DNA from: Cyanophora paradoxa CCMP329 | Lineage: Eukaryota > Plantae > Glaucophyta | NCBI GenBank assembly: GCA_004431415.1 | Contig: QPMI01000040.1 | Span: 62,001-126,000, forward strand | Reading direction: 5' to 3' | Length of the DNA stretch: 64,000 nt | Shown: positions 9,201-21,200 of the stretch, piece by piece | How positions within the stretch are numbered: the stretch's first letter is position 1 | How the letters are laid out: every line of letters begins with the position of its first letter | Translations under genes and position numbers: made by a program | Notes under the pieces: generated by a model | Told to the model about the DNA's origin: nothing | The model's database searches: none | The model's input: the letters and a program-made list of their open reading frames with translations, nothing else

Positions 9201-12200
9201 CGGCCCTCGCCGGCCGCGCGTCCCTCGCTCCCGCTTACGCGGCCGCTGCAGGACGGCGAAGGGGACGACGGGGGCGAGGACGGGGGCGAGGACGACGAGG
9301 AGGACGAGGACGAGGAAGGCGGGCAGGAGGGTGCGCGGCCCCGCCCCGCTCGCCGCGTCCTCCGCGTCGGTTGGCCGACTCGGCGGCGGGGGGTACAGAC
9401 GAGGAGGGCGAGGGCGAGGGGGACGGCGAGGAGGAGGGCGACGCGACGGACGAGGAGGAAGAGGTGGCGTCGGCGGCGCATCGGCGCCAGCGGCGGCAGC
9501 AGCGGCAGCACCTCCAGTCCCAGATGGTGCGCGGCCCTGCGGAGCCTCGCGCGCGCCCGCCCGCCCAAGGCTGACTGGTCCCGCAGAACGACGACGAGGA
9601 CCTAGGCTTTGGCGCGCTCTTCCACGAGCCCGGGGCGGCCCCGCCTGCCGGCACCGCCGCCGGCCCCGCGGCCCCCGCGGCCGCCCGCCCGGGACCCGCA
9701 GGCGAGGGCGCCCCCGGCGCCGCCGGCGCCGGCGTGGCCTCCCGCCTGAAGCACGAGTTCGCGGAGCTCGCCAAACTGGCCCTAGACGTCCTCATGATCC
9801 TCGCCTCGGACCGCGCCCTGGCGGCCATCGCCGCCGGCTCCTCCTCCGCGCCGGCCCCCGCGGGGGCGGCCTCCTGTCCCTCGCCATCCCCCGCCTCGAT
9901 GGCGGCCGGCGGCCTGCGGGACGGCTCGGCCGCCGCCCCCGAGCCCGGGGAGGTGCCCCTGCCCGAGGAGCAGCGCTTCCGGGCCGACTGCCTCCTCTTC
10001 CTCGCCGGCCAGATCGCCCTCGGCTCCGCCCCGCTCCTCGGAGGCGCCGGCTCCCGCGGGTCCCTCCAGGCCTGCGCCCCCGCCGGGGCCGTCTCCGTCT
10101 CCATCCTCGTCGCCGACCCCGACTTCCGGGCCGCCTTCCGGCGCCTGGGGTACGCCCTCGTCATGGGCGGCGGGGCTCTCTGGGGCGGCGCGGGGCCGGC
10201 CCCCGCGCCGGGCGGCGTCTCCCCGCACCACCTCCTCCTCTCCGCGCCGGCCCAGAAGTACGTCGCCGCGAGCCTCTTCCTGGCGCCGGGCCTCTGGCCC
10301 CTCCACATCCCCGTCGAGGTCCTAGTCGTCCTCGCCCGCGTCCTCGTCCGCCGCGCGGACCGCGCCAAGGGCGAGGACGCCCTCGCCGCCGAAATCTGGC
10401 GCTCGTTCCTCTGCAGCCTGGAGGCGCGCCTCTCGGGCGGGCCCTGCCACCCGGCCCTCGTCGACGCCGACCTCAACGTGGAGCACGCCCAGCTCCTCCT
10501 CTTCCTCTTCCACACGCTCTCGGAGGGCACGCGCGCCAAGCTGCTGCTCCGCCTCGTCGACATCGTGCAGGCCTTCGCGCAGGGCCGGGCCCGCGCCGAG
10601 GTCCCGCCCCCCGAGGAGCTCCTGCCCCTCGCCCGCTGCCTCCAGCTCGTCGAGTACGCCCTCCACTACTTCGACCGCCTCCCCGCCTTCCTGGTCCTCC
10701 AGATGGAGCGCAACCTGCTCGCCCGGCCCCTTCCCGCACCGGGGCCCTCCGGCCTCCTCGCCGAGGACGAGACCGCCCCGCCCCTCTGGACCCCCTCCTT
10801 CGTCGAGGCGTGGGCCGTCCGCGCCGGCCGGCCCCACGGCTCCTCCCAGCCCCCCGCCCCCGCTGCCCCCGCCGCCCCTTCCGCCCCGGGCGCCGCCCGC
10901 CCCGTCCCGGTTCCGATCTCTGCCGAAGACGCCTCCGCGGCGGCGGCCGCCGCCGTCGCCGCCGCCGCCGCGGCCGCGGCCGCCCAGCGCCAGTTCCTCT
11001 TCGAGCTCCTCTCGGCGCCCTCCGCGGCCGGCGGCGCCCCCTCCGCCTCCACCGCCGCGCGGAAGCTGCTCGAGGCCACGCCGTCGCTCGCCGGGGCCCC
11101 GGCACGGCGGCCGAGGCGCTGGGCGGGCCGTGCTGGCCCTCCTCGCGACGCCCCTCTCGGGCCGGGAGCGCGAAGTTTCCGACTTCTTCGCGCACGTCCT
11201 CTGGCGGCTCTCGGGGAAGCTCTCCGGGGCCGCCGCCGCCGCCGCCGCCGCCACGCCCGGCGCCGCCGGCCCCCGCCGCTGCATGCAGGAGCTCCACGCC
11301 CTCCGCCGCTGCGCCCGCCACGTGCGCCGCCCCCGTCCCCGCTCTCCTAAGCTTCCTCTGACGACCTTTTCCTCCGCCCCAGATCATGGACGGCACCGTG
11401 AACGAGCCGGCGGCCGTCGAGGCGCTCCTGGGCGACGCGGTGGGCCTGCTGGACCGAGCCCTGGACGCGGCGTTCGAGGGCGGGGCCTTCCCCTCGGGCG
11501 CCCCCGAGCCCTCCGTCCTCGTCGCAGACGCGGCCCTCGCGCTCCTCTCCTACGCCCTCCACCCGGTCGCCATCGGCGCGGCGCCGCCGGCCGGGCCCTC
11601 CTCGGCCCACCGCCAGGCCAAGTCCGCTATCGCCGCCGCCACGGGCCCCGCCGCCGAGGCCGCCGCCGCCGCGCGCGCCGAGGCCGAGGCGGCCGGCCGC
11701 GCCCGGCGCCGCGGGCTGGCGGAGGCGGCGGTCCGGCTCATGCGGCGGGAGGGCGGCGCGGACCGCGTCGTCGGGACGCTCGTGCGGGCGATCGGGCGCT
11801 GCGCGGGGCACCTCCGGGGCCAGCTCGAGTCGCAGCTCTCCAGCCCTAGCGACAGCGGGGACCGCGCGGCGGAGGGCGCGGAGGCCTCGCCGGCCCCTCT
11901 CCCCGTCTCCCACTCGGCCCGCCTCGTGGCGCTCATGTTCCGCGCCGGCGCCTCCCGCGCCCGCGTCCGCATGGCCATGGAGAAGGCCGGCTTCGCCTCT
12001 TGGGCCCTCCGCCTCCTCCGCATCCCGGACTACCGGACGCCTTCGCACGACGTGCGGTCGGCGGCCGGCGAGACGCCGCACCTGCCGCAGCCGGCGCTCA
12101 ACGAGGGCGACGCCAAGGAACCCGAGGCGGCCATCGAGGAGGCCTTCTTCCTCCACACGACCGTCGCCCGCTCCGACCGGCAGCTCCCCGCCTCGTGCGC

Positions 12201-15200
12201 GGCATCCGTGTACCCCTCGCAAAGGGCGGGCGGGCCGGCCGGGGGCTGACGTGCTCTGCGCAGGATCACGTGCGCGCAGCGGCTGATGCTGTCGCTGCTC
12301 TCGATGGCGATGGGCGCCTTCGCCGCGGCCCGCTACCAGCGGGACGAGGAGCAGGAGCAGCGCGCCGTGCCCCGCTGCGCCAACTCCCTCATGCAGGTCG
12401 GCTTCAAGGTTCTCTTCATTGAAGTCTCGTCTTTCTTTACTTGACGCTCTCCTCTCAGGTTGTGATGGACCTGCTGCACGACTCGATGTTCGAGTTCGCG
12501 AAGGAGCCGGCGAAGATGATCTGCCGCCGCGTGCTCCCCTCCTACGAGCAGCAGATCCTCCGCCTCATGGACGTCTTCAAGCTCAAGTACGCCCAGGAGG
12601 CGCGTACCCCCCTTTTTTTCCTCTTTTTCTTCCTTTTCCGTGTTTTGTTTACGTGGCCGGGCAGGTCCTGGAGACGATCGCGGCGTCGGGGCGGGAGGGC
12701 GGCGAGGAGGCGGCCGTGGGCCCCGTGGCGGACATGGTCGTCAACGAGTGCGTGGGGCACATCGAGGGGCTCCTCAAGCGCCCCATGCGCCGCGAGCACA
12801 TCACCCTCTTCTTCTTTGGCGAGGTACCCCTCCACCCCGCTTTCCTCAGTCTTTTCGTTGCCTTCGGAACTCAAGAGGCGGGCAGAGCGCGACGCGGCGG
12901 GCCCTCTCCGCGTCCCCGCTGCCGCCGGCGGGTCCCTCGGCCTCCGCCTCGCCCGCGCCGCCCCAGCCGGCCGAAATCGAGGGCCTGGAGGTCCCCCGCG
13001 GCTCCCTCCGCGCCCTCTTCGGCCTCCTCCTCGTACCCCGGTCCTTTCCTCCCTTTCCTTCCCTTTCCTTTCCTTTCCTTTTCCTTTCTGACGGCGCCCC
13101 GCAGGCCCGTCCGGAACGACGCGGCGGACGCGCAGGTCCTCGCGCTCCTCTGCTCGCTGGTCAACGCGGTGGGCGAGCCGCTCATGGGCGCCCACTCGAC
13201 CTCGCTCTTCCGCGAGGCCGTCGCCCGCTGCGTGCTCGAGGTCTCCCACGGTGACCTCGGTGCGCCTCTTCCTTTTCGTTCCTTTGGCGTCCTCCTTTCG
13301 CCGTCTTACGCGTTCCCAGCTCGCCTGGTGCGGGAGAGGCTCCTCGGGCTGGACGCGGCGGCGCAGGCGGCGCCGTCCCTGGCCGCAGCCCGCTCGGGTG
13401 GCCCCCCGCACGGCGCCCACGTCGGCCTCGCCGGCGTCGCCCTCCTCGTCTCGGCCCCGCCGAGCGCCGGCGCCGGCTTCTCGCCCGCGCCCGGCGGGCA
13501 GGGCCCCTCGGCGCCCTCGGCGGCCCCGCGGACGGCGCGACCTTCGGGGCCGGCGCGGCGTCGGGCCCCTCGGAGGCAGTGCGGGCCCTCTTCAGCAAGC
13601 TGGCGTGGGCCGTCGCCTCGCCGGCGGCGCCGCAGCCGCTCGCGCCCGTCGCCGACCGCCTCTTCGGCGCCCTCCTCGCCAGCCTGGAGGACGCGTTCCT
13701 GTGCGGTACCCCCGCCCTCAACGAGTACCTCTCGCTCGTCCGGCGCCTCGCCGGCGGCTCGCCCGAGCGCCTCGGCCTCCTCGCCACGCGCCTCGCAGGC
13801 GTCCTCTCTGCGGCGGCCGCCGAGCTCGAGCGCGCCCCGCCCGGCGGCGGGCCGGCTCCTCTCCACACCCTCCTCGAGTTCGTCGGCGAGCTCCTGCAGC
13901 CGCAGCTCGAGTCGCTGCCCGCGGAGCCTTCGCCGGGCCCTGCGGCCACTGCGCCGGCGGCCGCGCCGGCCCGTCCAGCCCGCCCGCCCTCACCTCGCGC
14001 CCGCCGCCCCCGCCGGCCCCGCCCGGAGGCGGCTCCGTCTCCAGCAGCGCCGACTCGTCACCCGCGCCGGGCCTCGTCGCCCCTCCGGCGCCGCCGCCGC
14101 CGCAGCAGGCGCGGGCCCCCGCCGACGAGGAGGACGAGGACGTGGAGGATGAGGAGGACGAGGACGAAGAGGAGGACGAGGACGGAGAGGACAAGCCCGA
14201 GGGGGAGGAGGAGGAGGAGGAGGACGAGGAGGCCGGGGCCGCCGCCGCCGGCGGGCCCTCGGGCGAGGCGGCCGAGCGGCGCCTGGCGCAGCAGATCTGC
14301 ACGTACTCGGCCACGGGCAACAAGTTCACGGAGCAGCACTGGTACTTCTGCTACACCTGCGGCCTGACCGTCTCTGAGGGCTGCTGCTCCGTCTGCGTCA
14401 AGGTGGTCGCCCCTCTGTTCCTCAGCTTAGCTCGGCTTAGCTTGCTTGCTCGCGGAAGGCTGACAGACAGCGCCCCCGCCGCAGGTGTGCCACAAGGGCC
14501 ACGACGTCTCCTACTCGCGCATCTCCCGCTTCTTCTGCGACTGCGGCGCGGGGGCCGTCCGGGGCGTCCAGTGCCGCGCCCTCCGGCCCCGCCGCTACGT
14601 CCCGCCCTCGCCCTCGAACGCCCCCGGCGCCGGGCCCTCGAACGCCGGCGAGCGGCCGGCGGCGGCCCCCGCCGCGGCGCCGTCCCGAGCGACGGGGACG
14701 GGGAAGATTCGGAGGAGGAGGAGGCGGCCGGCATCGCGCCGGGCTCGGCCGAGGATGTCGGTGTCTGCGTCGCCGGCGGCGGCTCCGGCCCCGAGGCGGC
14801 GCCGCTCCGCGTCCCGCCGGCGGCGCGCGCCCCGCTCGTGGCGGCCCTCGTCGGCTCGGACCTCGCCGCGCGCCTCCTCGACCTCTTCTGCGCCCTGCGG
14901 CGCCGCGTCGAGTCCGAGTCCGGGGCGCGCGCCCTCGCCGCCCGCTCGGCCGCCGCGGAGCGATCGGCCCAGGTCTCGGACAAGATCCTGGCGGATTCCA
15001 AGCCCCTCAGCTACAAGCCGGGCACCTTCGACGTCAAGCTCCGCTACGACGGCGCGCTCGGGCGGGAGCTCAAGGCGGCCTTCTCGGGCCACGGGGCGCC
15101 CCGCGCGGCGCTGGCGGTGGCCACGGGGCGCCGCATCGCGGTCGCCGAGGCGCAGCGGGTGACGATCTTCGACGGCGCCGCCGTCCTCGCGACGGACGGC

Positions 15201-18200
15201 CAGGGCTCCCTCGACAAGTCGCAGCTCCGCGTCCTCTCCAAGAACGCCGTACCCTACGAGGTCCTCGCCCTCGCCTTCAACTCCACGTCCCGGTACCCCT
15301 CCTCTGCGTTCCCTCCCGCTTGTTTCCCCTCCCCCTTATGGTTCTGTCCGACAGGTACTTGGCCGTGGCGGGCCTGAAGGACCTGCAGGTCTTCACCGTG
15401 TCCTCCGCCGGCACAGTGACGGCGCGCCCCTCCGCCCGCCTCCCTCCGCCGGGCTCCTCGCTGATCCGCCGCCGCTTCGCAGGACCGCCTGACGGTCGAG
15501 CTCTCGCTGGACTCGCTGGGGGACTCCCTCCACGTCGTACAGGCACCTACCCACCCACCCCCTTCCCTTCTTTCCTGCCCCGCTGACACCTAGGCCTCCG
15601 GCAGGTCCACTGGGTGCCGCAGTCGCAGGTGCACCTCGCGGTGGTCACGAACCGCTTTGTAAAGGTGTACGACCTCTCGCGGGACGCCATCAGCCCCGCC
15701 CTCGTGCGCCTCCTCCCCGCTCTTCTTCTCTTTTCTTGGTTACGAGCGTCCGCAGAACTACACGGTGCTGGACGACGCGATCAAGGGCGCCTCGTTCGGC
15801 GTCGACCCGCGCGGCCGCGTGACGCTCTACGCCATCACAGGCGGCGGCCTCGTCTTCGCGCAGGAGCTCCCCCCGCCCGCCGCGCCGCCCGCGGCCGGCG
15901 AGGGACACGCTGCTGCTCCTCCTGCCGCGGCCGCCGCCGCCGCCGACGACGGCGGGCCGAGCATCCTGACGGAGGTCGTGGCGGTGCCGGACAGCCTGCG
16001 GGGCAAGTCCGGGGCATCCATCCACTTCTCGCAGCCGCTGCGGCTCCTCTTCTGCTGCTACGAGGACGGCCGCTCGTGCGGCGGGCGCGTCGCCCCGCCG
16101 ACTCCCGAAGAGCGCCGCTCGGGCGGCGGCATCCGCCTGGCCGAGGCCTTCAGCCTGGTGGACCTCAAGCCCGAGACGGGCCTCCTGCGCGGCCGCATCG
16201 CGCCCATCGCGGCCCTCGCGGACGCGCCCGAGCAGCCCGGCACGCTCCTCGGCATCTCCCGCAAGGCCCACGCGGCCTTCGCGGCCCGCGTGACCCCGGG
16301 CGACGCTGGGGGCGTCTTCGAGGTGCACCCCATCAAGCTCCCGCCCGCCTCCTCCTCCTCCTCCTCGTCCTCTGCCCGTGTCGAGGGGTTCGCTGCGAGC
16401 CCCCTCGCCAGCCCCGCCGCCGCTTTCGTCGCCCCCGCCGGCCCCTCCGTCGCCCTGTTCCTCCTCGAGGACGGCTCGCTGCACCGCCTCGCCCTCACCG
16501 CCCCCGCCCTGCCCGCCCCCTCCGCCGCCCCGGCCCCGGCCCCCGCCGCAGGGTCCTCCGCCTCGGAGGCTCCGCGGCCCCCGCCCGGCCGCTTCCTGCC
16601 CCTCCCCAGCGGCGGCATCGGGTACTTCGGGCGCTGCCGGACGGGCGGCAGGGCCGGCCCTGCCGCCCCCGCGCCCCGCCGTCGTCGTCGGCCGCGCCGG
16701 CGGCGGCGGGCGGGGCGCGGCCGCAGCCGCCGGCCTTCCCCGTCGATTTCTTCGAGTTCTGCCAGAACGTCACCTCGGAGGTCGCCTTCTCGGGCGACGT
16801 CCCCGGCGACGTCGCCAAGCAGCGCCTCGCCAACAACGAGGACTACCTCATCAGCCCCAGGCGCGCCGCTTTGTCGTTCTCTTCTCTTCTCGTCCGCCCG
16901 CCCGCGCCTCTGACGCGCGCGCGCGCCCCGCAGCGTGGACGGGTTCGAGCTGACGATGGAGAGCACGTCGCCGGACCAGTGCTTCTGCGGCCTGCGCGTG
17001 CAGGTCGGCGCCGCCTCCCAGCAGCACATCCCCATGTACATCCGCGTCCTCGGCCGCACGGTGCATTCTCCCGCTGCTCGGTGCATTCTTCTGCTGCTCG
17101 CTCACCTCTCCGCCAGATCGCGATGCGGGAGAACCAGCGGCGGTGCTACGACATCCCGTTCACCGACGACGAGATCCTGCAGGCGGACCGGGAGGTCACG
17201 GTCGTGGTCGGGCCCTCGTTCAACCCGGGCAACGCGCCCATCCTCGACGGCCTCGAGATCTACGCCTACTCCAAGGACCGCTTTGGTTTCTCCCGCAAGC
17301 TCGAGGAGCGGGCGCGGGGCGCGGGGGCCGGCCGCGGCGAGGGCGGGTCCGGCGGCGGGGCCGGCGACGGGGCCTCCGGGGCGGGCCGCGCCGGCCCCGC
17401 CACGCCGGCCGAGGCCGCGCTGGTCGAGCTGCTTCGGCTCTCGGCGATGACCTTCTCGGCGCTGCCCGAGGGCGCCCAGGAGAACGTCCGCGAGGCGCTC
17501 CGCGACGCCCTCCCGCGCCTCGCGACTGGCGCCGCCCCCGTCCGGGGCCCCGCCCTCCGCCTCCTGCGCCTCCTGTACCCCTCCCCGGCCGCGTACTACG
17601 CGGCGAAGGACGCGCGGGCGCTGGCGGCGCTGGCCGAGTGCGTCCCGGCGGAGCCGCTCGCGTACGCCGACGCCGTGCGGACGGTCCGCGGCATCGCGCG
17701 GCGGCGCCCGCAGAGCCTCCGCCGCTTCCTGAAGGACTCGCCGGGCTTCCCCGCCGCCCTCGTTGCGCCCCTCGCCCAGGCCGCCACGCTCCTCGCCTCC
17801 CCCGCCGCGCTGGCGCCGGCGGCCGCCGCCGCGCCCTTCGCGCGGCCGCCGCCGGACCTGCCCGGGGTCGTCTCGGGGCTCGTGGAGGTCGCCTTTGCGT
17901 ACGCGGGCCACCTGCGGGACGCGGGGCGCGAGCTGGCGCCGGCCGTCCGCCTCATCCTGGACATGGCGCTGGGCCCCAACGACTCCGTTCGCTCCGCGGC
18001 CTGCTCGGCCCTCGGCGGAATCATGCTCCAGGGCTTCACGCTCCCGGCGCCCTCGGCCCCGCCGACGCCCTCGCGGGCCCCGCCGCCGCCGCCCCCGGAG
18101 CCCGCGGACAGCGGCCCGCCAGGCATCCAGTACCAGTGCGACAGCTGCGGCCTGCTCCCGATCCCGGGTCGCCGCTGGCACTGCGGCTCCTGCATCGACT

Positions 18201-21200
18201 TCGACCTGTGCGAGCGGTGCCACGAGGAGGGGGGGCACGACCCTGACCACGCCATGACGCCCATCGACCCGCCCGGCTCGGCGCCGCGCCCGCCGCCGCC
18301 GCCGGAGCTCGGCGCCGAGGGCGCCGAGGAGCGCGACGTGGACGAGGAGGAGGAGGAGGACGAGGCGGAGGAGGCTGCCGCGCGGCCCGCCACGCCGCCC
18401 CCGGCCCCGCCCCCGGCCCCGCCCCCGCCGCCCGCTCTGCCGCTCGCGGAGCCGCCGGTGGCGGCGCCGCCGCCGGACGCGGCGGCGGCGCTGGCGGCGG
18501 CGCAGGCGGAGCTCCCGCCGGAGGACGCGGACGACGAGGAGCTCCGGGTGGCCCTCGCTCTGAGCCTCGGGCTCGACCCCGTGGCCGCCGTCGCCGCCGC
18601 CACCGCCCCAGCCCCCGCGCCCGCGCCCCGCCCGCAGGCCGAGCCGCAGACGCCCAAGCGGGCGGGGGCGGCGGGGGCGCCGCCGCCGGCCATCGTTCTG
18701 GACGCGGCGGCGGAGGGCGAGGCCGGCTCGTCCGTCGCGGCGCTCTCGTCCGCCATCTTTGACGAGCTGCTCGAGTCGCTGCCGCGGCTGCCCGAGCGGG
18801 GCGGGGCGGCCGCGCTGCCCCTCGCCCGCCTCCTCCACTCGCTCGCCGCCCGCTGCCTCGCCGCGCGCGACCACGAGGCCCTACGGCGCCTCTTCGCGCG
18901 GCTCCTGCAGCTCGCGCCGGGCGCGCCGGGCGCCCCGCCGCCCTCGGCCAAGCGGACGCCCCGCATGGAGATCGAGGCGCTCGCTCTGCTCTTCCTCGGC
19001 ATCTGGCTCCGGCCCCTCGAGCGCCCCTCGTCCTCCTCCTCCTCCGCCTCCGCCTCGCGCTCAGCGGAGGGCGCCCCGCCCTCGCCCGGCGCCGGCGGCG
19101 TCAAGTCTCTCGCGGGCGCGCGGGCGGCCGCCGAGGAGCTGGCGGCCATGGCGCGGGAGGCCGGCCTCGTCGGGCGCCTCTACGCGGCAGCCTTGGCGCT
19201 CTTCGAGCACTTCAAGCGCCTCCCGAAGCGCAAGGACGGCACGGAGGAGGCGGCGCCGGCGGCGGCGGCGCCGGCGCCGGCCGGCGGCGAGGGCGTCGTG
19301 ACGAACGCGCTGCTTGCGCCGGAGCCGGTGACGGGCAGCGCGGGGCGCGAGGCGGCGCCCTTCTTCGGCGACGCGTACGCGCGGGCGCACGCCGCCGACC
19401 TCTTCGGCGACTGCCCGCGGCTCGTGGCCGAGTGCGCACTGAAGATGGCCATGCGGCTCTTCTCGCCGGAGCGGGACCGGCCCGGGCGGGAGCCGTTCGG
19501 GCAGGACTGGCAGGCCCTCCTCTGCAGCTTCGTGCACGCCCAGCAGACGAGCTTCGCCCGCAAGGTCGCCAAGCGCATGCTCCTCGCCCTCTGCGGCTCC
19601 CGCTCCCGCTACTACGAGGTCCTACCCTATCTATCATACTCTATCTGTTCAACTGTGCAAAGCTTACTTTGTTTGTGCTAGGTGCGGGACAGCAGCGCGT
19701 ACGCGGCGGCGATGCGGCGCCTGAAGAAGGCGTCGAAGGCGTCTGCGGGCTTCACCGAGCCGCTCCCCTACGAGGCGGCCGTGAAGGTCGTCTCCACGCT
19801 CGGCTCCATCAGCGAGGTCGCGGCCCCGCGGCCCGCCAACTGGCAGCTCTACTGCCGCGGCTCGCCCGAGACGCTGCCCTTCCTCTTCCGCTCCTCGCTC
19901 CTGCTCTGCGAGGAGGCGCAGCTCGCCGCCCTCCGCCTCCTCACCGCCGCCTTCGGAGGGGCCCCCGAGCCGCCGCCCGCCACGGCGGCCCGCCCCGCGC
20001 CGTCCTCCTCCTCGTCGTCATCCCGGCCGCCCGCCCCGCCCGCCGCCTCCTCCTCCTCGACCTCCTCCACCACCGGGCCCCTCTCTGCGTCAGACTGGGA
20101 GGCGCTGGTGGCGCTCTTCCTTCGGGCGCCGCCGCCCCCGCCGCCGCCGCACGCCCCTTCGGCCCTGCCCCACGCCGCCTCGACTGGCCTCGCGCCCGGG
20201 ACGCCCCTCGCGCTCGCCGGCCCCGCGCACTCCCTCGCCGGCCCGCCGGCCTTCGAGCTGCCGGGCGGCCCGCCCGGCGCCACCGACGCGGCCCGCCTGG
20301 TCGACGCCGTGCTGCTGGGCGCGCGCTCGGCCGCCGTGCGCGCCGAGGGCCGCGCCCTCCTCCTCGCCCTCTGGGCCCGCGCCGCCTCCGCGCAGCTCGA
20401 GGCGCTCCTGGAGGCGGCGGCGGACAAGGTCGCCGTGCTGCCGCACTACGGCCGCAACGGGGCCGACTTCAAGGAGGCGCTGCTCCGCATGCTGGCCGCC
20501 CCGGGGTTCGTGGAGGCTGCGTCCGTCCAGCCCACCGTCGGGCGCCTCTGCAAGACCCTCGTGGACGCCCTGGTCCGCTGGCTCCGTTCGATCTCGCATC
20601 GCCTCACACGCACACGCACACACGGCTGACTCGCCCCCCCCCCCCCCCCCCCCCCCCCTCAGGTGAGCCAGAGCCGGGTGGTGGCGACGCACCCGCACTC
20701 GCACGTCTACCGCACGCTGCGCTCCCTCGTCGAGTTCGACGGGTGCGCCCCGCCTCCATCCACGCCCGAGAGAACCTTTCTAGAGTCTCTCTCTCTCTCT
20801 CGCCCTCTCATCTTCTTCGCTTGGGGCGCCTCCACGCCCGAGAGAACCTATCCAGAGTCTCTCTCTCTCTCTCTCTCTCGCCCTCTCGTCTTCTTCGCTT
20901 GGGGCGCCTCCACGCCCGAAAGGATCTAGAGCTTTCTCTCGCCCTCTCGTCGTCTTGGCTTGGGGCGCCGGCCTACGCCCCGCATCTATCCACGCCTCTT
21001 AGATTCTCTCTTTCTCTCGCCCTCCTCTTGGAGCGCCGGAGCGCCGCCCGCCTTGTCGCTTGGAGCGCCGCCCGCCCGCCTCATCCGGGGGCAGGTACTA
21101 CCTGGAGTCGGAGCCGTGCCTCGTCTGCAACGACCCCGAGGTCCCCTTCGCGCACCTCAAGCTCGAGCAGGCGCGCACCTCCCCCTTTCTATTTCTTACT

